Translations under genes and position numbers: made by a program | Source: Vicugna vicugna | Taxonomy: Eukaryota | NCBI GenBank assembly: GCA_013265495.1 | Contig: MU058540.1 | Span: 2,443,696-2,507,695 of the forward strand | DNA length: 64,000 nucleotides | Direction of reading: 5' to 3' | Shown here: piece after piece, positions 1 to 11,489 of the stretch | Position numbering within the stretch: position 1 is the first letter of the stretch | Layout: each line of letters begins with the position of its first letter | The notes under the pieces: generated by a model | Seen by the model: only the letters and a program-made list of their open reading frames with translations | The model's database searches: none | Told to the model about the DNA's origin: nothing

Positions 1-600
1 AACTAAAATTCATACTTTCAGATTTCCTTAGTTTTTATCTATTCTTTGCTATTTCAGGATCCCATCCAGGATGCCACATGTCTTCATAGGCTCCTCTTGT
101 CTGGGACAGTTTCTCAGACTTTCCTTGTTTTCAGTAACTTCAACAATTTTGAAGAGTACTGGTCAGGTATTTTGTAAAATGTCTCTCACCTGGGGTTCGC
201 CTGATGTTTCCTCATGATTAGAGTGGGATAATGTGTTTTGGGGATGAAGACCACAGGGGTAAAATGCCATTCCGACCACATTATATCAAGAGCATAACTA
301 TCAAAATGATTTATAACTGTCAACGGTAACCTTGATTACCTAGGTGAGCTTGTGTTTGCCAGCTATCTCCACTATAAAGTTACTTTTTTCCCCTTTTCAT
401 ACTATTCTCTTTGGAACCAAGTCACTAAGCACAGCCCTCACTGAAGGGAGGGCAGTTACACTGTACCTCTTGAGAAGGGTGTGTCTGCAAAAATTATTTA
501 GAGTTCTTCTTATAAGAGATTTCTGCAGCAATTTATATCAGCATAACTAATGGATATTTATTTTATACTTTGAGTTATAATTTAATAAATAATGTTAATA
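1..600 (-). mobile_element. Old L1 (L1MC/L1MD-like) 3' fragment
   Basis: Typical antisense L1M 3' UTR text (gggacagtttctcagactttccttg...gaagagtactggtcaggtattttgt). Confidence 0.6.
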
Positions 601-1019
601 AAATAAAAACAATAAATGATAAAAGGTTCGCCTTTGATTTAATTTGTAGATTTTCTTCCTCTTGTGTGGATTGAGCCCATATCCCTGAAAGGACCTGGAG
701 ATAGTGCCCACAGTCAGAAAGAATCCACTCATCAATCTTGCAAACATACGGGGTCCTAGGGGTAGTGAGAAACACTTCACTTCTCCCATTTGGATGCTGG
801 TCAATATGCAGAGTCCACTTTCGATAAGCATCCCGAAGGCCCTTCCCTGTCTGGTCTTTTTCCTTATTGATCCTCTCAGTCCTTTCCATCCCTATGTTCA
901 CCTACCCCTGGCAAGGAATTTGAAGGACCTTCATTCTATTTGCATGAAATAATAAAGCTAAATACAACAAATAACATCCATAGGGATTATAGCTCTCCTC
1001 TTCCTGCACACTTCCTAGT

Positions 1020-1300
1020 GTACTGTTTTGGGTACTTTACATATATTATTTCTAATCTTCACACTAATGGCAAGGTAATTGTTATTCCCATTTTACAGAT
1101 GTGGAAACTGGGACATTGAGAGTTTAAAAAGTCCACCCAAGGTTTTCCTCCTACTATACAGTCTGCTCCTTCTCAGTAGTCTCCTTCACTAGCCTCTCTT
1201 CTTCTCACCCACCTCCTATGTGACTGCAGGCAAACCACTTTCCCCTGAGCCTCAGCTTCTTGTCTGGTGATACTGCTGGACGAATTCAATGAGATGCATA
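1020..1300. mobile_element. MIR SINE fragments
   Basis: MIR core motifs cccattttacagatgtggaaactg and ctgagcctcagcttct. Confidence 0.55.
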
Positions 1301-1629
1301 GAAAGTCCTCCTCATTGGTTTCAGTAAAAAGCATCTGTTATTACTGCTAATTTCATGAAGATTAAATTAATTTTAAAAACTATCTTTCTATTCTTCATTC
1401 CGTTTTCTACTTATGCTTGCTTCTTAATGGTCTCATCTATTCTCATGTCTTTAAATACCCATCTATGTCAAAAAGTACCAAATGTATATATCTACCTTGG
1501 ATCTTTCCTTTAAATTTCAGACAAGTCAACATCTTCACTTGAGTGTTCTAAGATACAAGTTGGAGGTTCTGCTTCCAGCAGTTTTGTATTATACTAGCCT
1601 GTATCATATTATAATAATTATAGACTCTG

Positions 1630-3360
1630 AACAAAACAAAAGAACACAATTATCTGAAGAAACTGAAGAAACAAAAAGCAGGAAGAAACTGGAGGGAAGT
1701 CAACCACTGATAGAAGGGAGGTACAGTGGATAAGATTTGTGATTAAAGGATTTTTGCCTGAAGGCACTACCCAGAACACGTAGCATAGGATGGCCAGAAT
1801 TCAAGTATAAGGTTGCTAGTCTTACTGGTTTGACAAGTCAGAGAATCAAGTTTAGAAAAAAAAAAAAAAACAACCCAAGAAAGTAAGAAGCCACAGAGAC
1901 TTCTTTAAAATGTGTATAAAATTTGACCAAATCCTTGGCTGACTCTCGACCTGTGCACGTGCAGGGGGTACTCCAAGGAGCCCAGCAGAAAACAGCCAGA
2001 AAAAGAAAACTGGAAACTGAAAGAAGTGAGCAGAAATTTTAGCTGCTGACCATCTCAAGAAACACAGAATTTGGAATTTTATGCCTGCCAAGTTAACTGA
2101 TAAAAATAGTCTCTAGAGGAAGATAAGAAAATCTAGATTTTCTACAATGTATCCTCTACAATGTCCAGTATTAGAAGACTTTTTTAAAATGGTAAACTTG
2201 CAAATAAGCAGGGAAATATGAACAACAGCCAAAAGAAAGTCAGTCAATAGAAAGCAATTCTGAAATAACTCTGATAGTTAATTAGAAGAGGAAGATTTCA
2301 AATTGGCTATAACAAATATGTTCAAGAACCTTAAAAAACACACTCATAATCAATGAACAGATGGGCAAATTCATCAGAGAACTAGAAACTATTAAGAAGA
2401 ACCAAATGGCAATTCTAGGATTAAAAATTATAATATCTGAAAAGAAAAATTCACTAGATAGGCTTAATAGAAAAACTGAAGATGGAAGAAAGAGTGAACT
2501 TGAATAAAAATTTTAGAGAATTTATACCAATCTGCAGAACAGAGAGAAAAAATATTTTTAAAAATAAGCAAAGCTTCACTGACTTGTAGGACAATATCAA
2601 ATCATCTAACATACAAGTAATACAATTTCTAGAAGGAGAGGAAATAGACAATGGGACAGAAAAATTATTTGAAGAAATAAAGACTAAAAACTTGCCAAAT
2701 TTGGTAATAAATATGAACTTACAGATCCAAGAAGCTCAGGAAAACCAAAGCTTAATAAATACAAATAAAACCATTCCTGAAACATAATCAAACAACTAAA
2801 AAAATCAAGTATAAAGGAAAAATCTGGAAAATGACCAAGAAAAACAACATGTACATACAGGGGACCAGCAGTAGAAAAGTTAGCTGTCTTCTCATCAAAT
2901 ATAATGGAGGCCAAAAACGCCAATGGAATGTCTTATTCAGTGTGTTAAAAGTAAAAAGGTATCAGCCTAGAATTATATATCTAGCAAAAATATCTTTAAA
3001 AATTAGGATGATGAGGGCGGGGGGAGGGTATAGCTCAGTGGTAGGGCAAGTACCTAGCAAGCACGAAGTCCTGGGTTCAATCCCCAGTACCTCCATCAAA
3101 AATAAGTAAATACATAAAAAAAACCCAATTACCTCCTTCCCCAAATAAAATAATAAATAAATTTTTAAAAATTAGGATGACAGGAAGATCTTTTCAGAGA
3201 AAGAAAAAACCCTAGAAAATTAATTGCTAGCAAATGTGCACTACAAGAAATGTTGAAGCCAGTTCTTGCAGGGGAAATGACAACAAATGGACTTTAGGTC
3301 TCCAGGGAAAAATTAAAAGCACTGGAAATGGTAAAGTGCAGGTAAATTTTAAAATGTATA
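1630..3360 (+). mobile_element. Degenerate L1 5'/ORF1 region, interrupted by a SINE
   Basis: A-rich ORF1-like text; translation remnant YQPRIIYLAKISLK resembles the L1 ORF1 C-terminal motif. Confidence 0.65.
3012..3163 (+). mobile_element. tRNA-derived SINE, camelid Vic-1 type
   Basis: GGGGAGGGTATAGCTCAGTGGTAG...GTCCTGGGTTCAATCCCCAGTACCTCCA (A and B boxes), A-rich tail, TSD tttaaaaattaggatga at 2995-3011 and 3164-3180. Confidence 0.85.
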
Positions 3361-3403
3361 TGTATTTATATATTTTTTCTATAAAACTATATATATACAT
3401 AGA

Positions 3404-3636
3404 CAGTTGATCCTTGAACAACACGGTTTGAACTGCACAGGACCACTTATACGCGAATTTTTTTCAATAGTAAATACTATAGCACTACACGATCCGCAGT
3501 TGTTTGTATCTGTGGAGGCAGAACCACGGATACTGAAGATTTGTGTATATGAAGTGCCAGCTTTAAGTTATATGTAGATTTCTGACTACATGGAGGATCT
3601 GCACCTGTAAACTTTGCATTGTTCAGGAGTAAACTG
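3404..3636. mobile_element. TcMar-Tigger non-autonomous DNA transposon (MER8/Tigger2a-like)
   Basis: Terminal inverted repeats cagttgatccttgaacaa ... ttgttcaggagtaaactg, ~233 bp. Confidence 0.75.
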
Positions 3637-3964
3637 TGTATTGTTCTGATAGTTTCTTTAAAAGAGACATGAATATTTTAAGTGAAGAATATGTATCACT
3701 TTGTTGTAGACAGCATAATATATATGTATGTAATATATATGAAAACGATAGCACAAAAGACAGGTTGAGGAAGTTGACTTTTTTCCTAATTTGTTAGTTT
3801 TTTTAAAAAATTGCATGACTGTTAAATAGTATTGAATGCCTTTTATGTAAAAATTATGTTTTCCCCTTTAAACCTGTTAATATAATGAATATATTAATAG
3901 ATTTTTTAATGATAAATTATCTTTGGATTCCCATGGTAAATCCTTCTTGGTCATAATACATAGG

Positions 3965-5125
3965 CACACATCTATTATTAACATCTTGTGGTACATTGGT
4001 CACAATCAATGAACTAATACTAAATACTCATATTAGCTAAAGTTCATAGTTTACATTAGGGTTCATTCTCTTTGCTCTGTAGTTCCAGTGTGCTTTGATA
4101 AATACACAATGTCATGTAGCCACCATTACAGCATCATACAGTATCATTTCATTGCTCTGAATGCTCCATCTATTCATCCTTCCTTCCCTCCTGCTGCACC
4201 CCTGGTAACTACTGATCTTTTTACTGTCTCTATAGTCTTGCCTTTTCCAGAATATAGGTGGACTCATCCAGTAGGTAGTTTTTTTCACACTGATTTTTTT
4301 CATTTAGCAATATGCATTTAAAGTTCCTCCATGTCTTTTTGTGACCTGATAACATTTCTTTTCTCTCACTGAATAACATCCCATTGTCTGGATGTACCAC
4401 TGGTTGTTTATCTATTCACCTCTTGAAGGACATCTTGGTTGCTTCCAGTTTTGGGCAATTATGAATGAAGCTGCTATAAATTTGTGTGTAGTTTTTGGGT
4501 GGGCATTAAGTTTTTACCTCAGTTCAGTAAATACCTAAGAGTGTAATTGCTGGATTGCATGGTAAGCATCTCTTTAACCTCATAAGAAATTTCCAAACTG
4601 TTTTCCAAAGTGGCTGTGTCATTTTGCATTCCCACCAGCCAAGAATCAGAGTTCCTGTTGCTCTACATCCTCATCAGCCTTTGTTGCCAGTATTTTGGAT
4701 TTAACCAATCCCATAGTTGTGCAGTGGTATCTCGTTGTTTTAATTTGTAATTCCTTAATGACATATTAAGTTAATCATCTTTTCAAGTGTTTATTTTCCA
4801 TCTGGATAGCATTTTGGTGAGGTGTCTGTTCAGATTTTTCCCCCATTTTATAAAATAAGCTTTTGTTTTCTTTTTGTTGAGTTTTAAGGGTTCTTTGTAT
4901 ATTTTGGATACATGTTGTCTTATCAGATACACACTGTACAAATATTTTCTCCCAGTTTGTGACTTATCTTTTCACTCTCCTAACAGTGTCCTTTGGAGAG
5001 CAGATGTTTTCAGTTTTAATGAAGTCAAATTTACCCATCTTTTTTTTCATGGATTATGCTTTTGGTGTTGTATATAAAAACTCATTGCCAAACCCAAGGT
5101 CACCTAGATTTTTTCCTATATTATA
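3965..5125 (-). mobile_element. L1MC-like 3' end and ORF2 tail
   Basis: Antisense L1 3' text (gaaggacatcttggttgcttccagttttgggcaattatgaat...ttttgcattcccaccagc). Confidence 0.75.
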
Positions 5126-5923
5126 TATTTACCAGACTTGAAATGTTTGGCTGTTTGTTCCTCTTCACAATATCACCCCCTTTTGACTTCATCTCTGAAG
5201 TTTCTGGGCCATTCACTTAGTTTTCGCTATTTCAGCAGTCACATTTCTGAATCCCTTATTTTTCAGACACTAGTTTTCTTTCCTCTTAGGCAATCATCTC
5301 CCTGAGTCAGTAAAAGCCAATTACTTTTTCAGTTTTCTAGTGCCTCTGATCTCTAACTGTGTTCTCTGACTTTTGGACAGCCATCACTCCACTCTTTAAT
5401 CCTCGAACCACTGCCACAGAGGTCTAAAAGGAAAGAAAGCAAATGATATGAAGGTAGCGTTTGCTAGTTTCCAGAACCAATCTCGGGAGATAAAAGAGCA
5501 AACACTTCCCAAACTCTGTAATTGCAGCCTGTTTGATCTAAATTCATATCCAGTGCTCACTTGTTAATTAACAGCCTTCTTTATTGATTTTCCTTGCAGA
5601 CTTAGCAAGGAAACTTCTGTAAGAAAAGATTTCAGTTACAGAATTTAAACTGATACTATCTCTTACATCAGAAAGAGAAAACTAACTGGTTTCTTCCCAT
5701 TTGCCTTTTCTTTTTGTAATCTGAGTTCCTAAATGTTCTAATAATCATGTTTTATTCCGTTTGAAAATAATAACAGTAAGAAATGTGTTTTATGGACTTG
5801 TTAGGTAATTGATTTTATAAATGACTGCTATTTCTGATTAAGTGTGCTTCTTATAGAGATAACCCACTAAATCATTTACATAAATTTCTGACATGTTTAA
5901 TTTAAACAAGCTGAGGCAAAGTG

Positions 5924-6370
5924 TGTATTAGTTTCCCAGGGCTGATGTAAGAAATTTCCACAAACTGGGTGACTCTAAATGATAGAAATTTATTCTGTCA
6001 TAGTTCTGAATGCCAGAAGTCAAATCAACATGTTGGCAGGGCCATACTCCCTTTGAAGGCTCTAGGCAAAAGAATCCTTCCTAGGCTCTAGCTTCTAGTG
6101 CTTACTGGCAATCCTTGTCATTCTTTGGCTTGTAGCTACATCACTCTAGCTTTTGCTTCCATCTTCCCTCTCTGTGTCTGTGTCTCCAAATCACCTTCTC
6201 CTTATGAGGACACCAGTCACTGGATTTAGGGCCCACGCTATTCCAGCATGACTTCATCTCACTGTTACATCTGCAAAGACCCTGTTCTAACTAAGGTCAC
6301 AGTCAGGGTAACAGATATCAGGGTTTAGGACTTCAACTTATCATTTCGGGCAACAAATTTCAACCCACAA
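5924..6370. mobile_element. MaLR LTR (MLT1-like)
   Basis: tgtattagtttcccagggctg...cacaaactgggtg...agaaatttattct...ttcaacccaca. Confidence 0.8.
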
Positions 6371-7597
6371 GAGTACTGCTAGAGGCCTAGGGTATAAAAG
6401 TCAGATTCAAAGGTGATATGCTAAAGAAAGAAAAACACAGGACAAAATATGCTTCAGGAAGAAAAACTGGGGTGATGGAGGTATGATACGTGCTTATAAC
6501 AGCTTTGAAAAAGGGCTGCTTCAGATGGAGAGAGTTCCTATTCTAAGCCTTCCAAGAGAAGCAGGGTCTAAATATGCTTGACTTTAGCCCCCATCCCCCA
6601 AAGAATGAGGAAAACAAAGAACACAAATCTCCAATATTAACTAAAGGAAATTGTCTAAAGTGACTGAGAAAAAGTTAAAAGCAAAATAACCACAGGTGAA
6701 TATGGGTAGGATGCGCTAGACTAGGTCTCATAATTGGTCACCAGCCAAGTTATAGAAGGCAATACGCTTGCTAGACTTTTAACTTTTGCTTCTTTGTTTT
6801 GCTTCATTATTGGTTGATCAGGTGACTGGTAAACATTTCTCATTTGTATTATTGATTGGCATTTTCCTCAACCATTTGCTCAAATCTCAAAAGGCATTAG
6901 CTGTGCTATCATGCCACACAAGACCCCTGGAAGTTCAAGGGGGAAAGATTTCAGAGTCCTTTGACTATTATCTGGAAGGAGAGGATAAGCCACTGGACTG
7001 TGACTCTTTTCCTCCAGCGCAGGGACACTTGAGGAAAGTTTGACCCCAAGTGGAACTTTTTATATTAGCAAGTGAAGTGATGTACCCATTAGAGAGAAAT
7101 GAGGGTCTTGCTGGGGTTGCCATGTGCTGACTACCGATTCGAGGATGCCCTAGGCATGCTGTCCCTGCTTGTCACGATTGCTTTATATCTAGAATCCTTT
7201 TATCTTTTTCTGCATTTTTATCTTAAAATTTTCTTTCTTTTCACCTTATAATTCTCTTAAGGTATCATCTGTTGTGTTTTTCCCCCCGAACTTCTTTTAA
7301 TTAGGTCTTCATTTATGAAATGATCTTCTTTTTATTTCTAATTATTTTCTGAATTCTGTCACTTAATCCTGAATTTTGTAATTCTGATGTAGGGTTAGTT
7401 TTCATACCATGTGTTACTTTACTTTAATGTCTCTTAGCTTGTTTCAAAATAATAGGTTAAAGCTTTGATCTACTGCTTGGGCTTGTCCTGGCATGTGTTC
7501 ATTAGCTATATGAATGTTATGCTGTATATTATTCCCTTTTTTATTATAATAATTTTAATGGGATTAATATTGATTTTTTTTGTTGCTCATTTTTTTC

Positions 7598-8915
7598 AGT
7601 TTTTTTTTTATTGTGGTAAAATACACATTAAACAATAACTGCCCACTCCCCCTCAAACCCAGGCAACTTTCTATCTCTATGGTTTTGACTACTCTAAGTA
7701 CACCATATAGATGAATTATACAATATTTGTCTTTTTGTGACTGATTTATTTTACTTTGCATAATGTCCTCAAGGTTCTTCCATGTTGTAGCATACTGCAG
7801 AATTCCTTTCATTTTTAAAGCCAAACAATATGTATATACTACATTTTGCTTATCCACTCATCTACTGACGGACACTTGGGTTGTTTCATGTTTTAGCTAT
7901 TGTGAATAAAGCTGCTAAGCATATATGGGTGCATGAATATCACTTTAAGACCCTGTTTTCAATTATTCTGGGTATATATCCAGATATTGAATTGCTGAAT
8001 CATATGGTAATTCTATTTTTAATTGTTTAAGGAATTACCTTAATTATTTTCCACAGAGGCTGTACCATTTTATATTTCTACCAACAGTGCACAGGTTCCA
8101 TTTTCTCCACATCCTCACCAACACTTGCTGCTTTCTGCTTTTTTGATAGTGGCTACCCTAATGGGTGTGAACCAGTATCTCACTGTAGTTTTAATTTGCA
8201 TTTTCCCTAATGGTTACTGACGTTGAGCATCTTTTCATGTGCTTATTGGCCATCTGTATATCTTCTTTAGAGAAACATCTATTTAAGTCCCTTTCCCATT
8301 TTTGCACTGGGTTGTTGTTGTTGAGTTGTAGGAGTTCTCTACATATTCTGGATATTTTTTCAAATTTTTTCCTTTTCTTTGTTGTTTTTTTTTCCTTTCT
8401 ATATATTCTGGGTATAAATCTCTTATCAGATATATGATTCTCAAAATTTTTCTCCTATTAGGTAGATTGCCTTTTATATTTCATAAATTTGAATTTTAGG
8501 ATGAGTTTTTCTATTTCTGCAAAAAACATCGTTGCGATTTTGATAGGGGTTGCATTAAATATGCAGATTGTTTTAGGTAGTTTTAACAATATGAAGGCTT
8601 CCAATCTATGCCTATATGATGCATTTCCACTTATTATGTCTTCTTTAATTTCTTCCAGCAATGTTTTGTAGTTTTCATTGTTTTTCACCTCAATTCCTCA
8701 GCATTTTATTCTTTTTGATGCTGCTGTAAATGGCATTGTTTTTGAAATTTTCTTTTCAGATGATTCATTGTTAGTGTGTAGAAAAGCAACTGATTTTTCT
8801 GTGTTGACTTTGTATCTTGTTACTTTGCTAAATTTATTTAAGTCCTAACAGGTTTTTTGTGTGTGTGAAATCTTTAGGGTTTTCTACATATAAAATCATA
8901 TCATCTATAAACAGA
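7598..8915 (-). mobile_element. L1MA/L1MB-like 3' end
   Basis: Starts with tttttattgtggtaaaatacacat; antisense ORF2 remnants (FNATPIKI..FFAEIEKLILKF). Confidence 0.8.
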
Positions 8916-9229
8916 GATAAAGCAGGCAACTTTGCCTTGTCCCTTTTGTTGCTCATTTTTACATGAAACTAGTTTTCCTGTTTAGGGGGAGGTGTGGTCA
9001 GTAGAGCTTTTCTAACTTCAGAGTTCTCTTTTCTGTTTTTGTGTAGCGTTCAATAAATGGCAGCTTACTTTCTGGGGTTTCCTGGCTCTATCTACCCCCA
9101 TCCTCCACCCACTTTATTTTGCCTTTATGTTTCCAAAGTACTCCCTCCCCTTCTCCCAACATACACAGTTTTAAAAAACTTATTACATCACTCTTAATAT
9201 TGAGTAAACTATCAAGAATCAATAAATAC

Positions 9230-10620
9230 ATGAGGAAAATCTCATGAACGTCAGAACCCAAAACAAAGAAGCAGAAGAGAAAGAGTTAATGTAGAGAACC
9301 AAAGAAGACTTAACAAAAATCTTAGCCTCAAAGAGTAGCATCCATGAAATGGGAATGCGATAATATTAGAAATGAAAGGAGGCAGAATGAAAAGAAGCAG
9401 GCAGAAAATAAAAAAAAGTCTTGGAAATTTAAAATAGGAAAATATGAGAGGTTTTTAAAGATACAGTGGAGAATTTGGAAGGTGAAGTTGAAGAAGTTTC
9501 CCAGAAAGGAGAGGGAAATAGGGAAGTAAAGAGAAGAGAAAAGAGAATTTGAGGATGAATTCAGGTCATCCAACATCCCATTTATATAGTAATTCTAGAA
9601 AGAGAAATGAATGAAAGACTCCCCCAGTGCCCTGGCACAATGAATGCAAAAAAGACCTAAACCAAAACACTAGTGATAGAAAAAGGAAGGATCCTAGAAG
9701 CTTCTCGAGAGAAAAAACTGGTTACGTAGGAAAGATTAGGAATCAGAATGATACCAAGTTAGAAGACATCAGAATAATCCCTTCAAATGCTGAGAACATT
9801 GTTTTCATATTCAAGTCTATGCCTAGCCAAAATATCTATCAAGTATGGGAATAGCATAAAGACATTTTCAGGCATGCAAGGTCTCATTTATCTATTCTTT
9901 CTCAGGAAGCAACTGGATGACATTTTCCACAGAAATGATGGTGGAAATAAAACAAGAAAAATAAAAGTCATGGGACCCAATACAAGAAAGAAGCAAAAGA
10001 TATCCCCAGCTAAGGTGAAGGGAAATCATAGGAAGAGTTGTGTGGCAGGCCTAGGGTGCAAACATTGGGAGACTCCAGAAACAACAGAATGGATAATTTA
10101 CCAGATACAATTAACCATGTGAGAGGAGGTTTTCAGTACTGATGGAACATTTAGAGATGGATATAGTAATATGTACATAGAAAATTAAAATTTTAAAACA
10201 GGCAACTATTAATTCCAGGAAAGACAACTCACATGAAAAAGAAATATAATTTCTGTGTGGCTCATTTGCAAACATTTATATAATCATAATAATGAAAAAC
10301 AGAATAGAGATTTAACTAAAAATTATGATAAAACAATTTTGGGAATATGAAGTGAGTGGTAGGAGATATAAAAAATTAAATCCTCATTGTCTATAGTTAA
10401 AAGACAACAGATAATGTATAAAATTGAAAAATCAAGAACAGTAAATGTGTGTTATTTAGAAATGAAAGGTAAATATTAGAAAGAACTACTAGAGTTTGAA
10501 ATAGTTGCTTGTGGATTGAGAGAGGAGTTGGGGTGAAGCAAGGATCTCTGGGTTTTACTTTAAGCCTCATAATATTATTTGACTTTTTAAAACTGTAATT
10601 TCATAATAGTTAATATGAAA
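9230..10620 (+). mobile_element. Degenerate HAL1/L1 ORF1-like fragment
   Basis: A-rich ORF1-like text (aggtcatccaacatcc, tctatgcctagccaaaatatc). Confidence 0.5.
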
Positions 10621-10726
10621 TATATTTAAAGCTAAATGATATTATTTCAGAGCTAAGTGGATGGATTGAAAAGTGGCTGTAATAAATTGGCCTTCCGGAA
10701 TTCAGTATGGCAGAAAGAATGTGCAT

Positions 10727-11270
10727 TATGCAGAAAAGAGTTAACATAGCCAAACTGACTGACATCCTTTGAAATGCCTGCTTACCTGGCTGGCATCTGG
10801 GAACCTCCTGGATTTCAGAAAGATTCTCACCACACTCACTGATAAGAGTTGTTCACTGTGCCTAAATTATTTGTGCAAACAACATGTTTTATGATAGACA
10901 CCTGTTTTCCTTCTGGAAGTCTGGAATTTGAGTACATGCCACCAGGCAGTGGGTGCCTATGTAACCAGCCCCCAATAAAAACTCTGAACAGTCTCTAATG
11001 AGCTTCCTTGGTAAACAACATTTGACGTGTGTTATTACAACTCATCGTTGAGGGAATTAAGAGCATCCTGTGTGAAGGATTCATGGAAGCTTGGGCCTGG
11101 TTTCCTCCAGACTACACCCCATGTGACTTTTCTGTTTGCTGATTTTACTGATTTTGCTCTGTGTCCTTCCTCTGTAATAAATCATAGCCGTAAATATAGC
11201 TGCATACTGAATCCTGATTCCCCCTATCGAATTACTGAATTTGGGGGTGGTCTTGAGGACCCCTGACACG
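10727..11270 (+). mobile_element. Solo LTR, ERVL class (MER68/MER77-like)
   Basis: tgcagaaaagagttaacatagc...taaccagcccccaataaaaactctg...ggtcttgaggacccctgacac. Confidence 0.7.
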
Positions 11271-11489
11271 CGTATTTCATTCCAAATACTCGTTAAACTA
11301 ATAGTGTAAACACAGGATGTGTGCGTGCAAGCAGTAAAACTCAATTCTAGCTATCTCAGGAAAAAACAGAATTTATTGGATGGGTTGAAGGGAGGAGCTC
11401 ACAAAATTGAAAGGAGACTGGAGGAGGAAGCTAGAAATCAGATATAATCTAGCCAGATCATTGCCACCTCTGCCTATGTTGTAAATAGT

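Noticed and set aside
3020..3095. tRNA-like sequence with A and B boxes
   Set aside because: It has an A-rich tail and a TSD, so it is a SINE rather than a tRNA gene.
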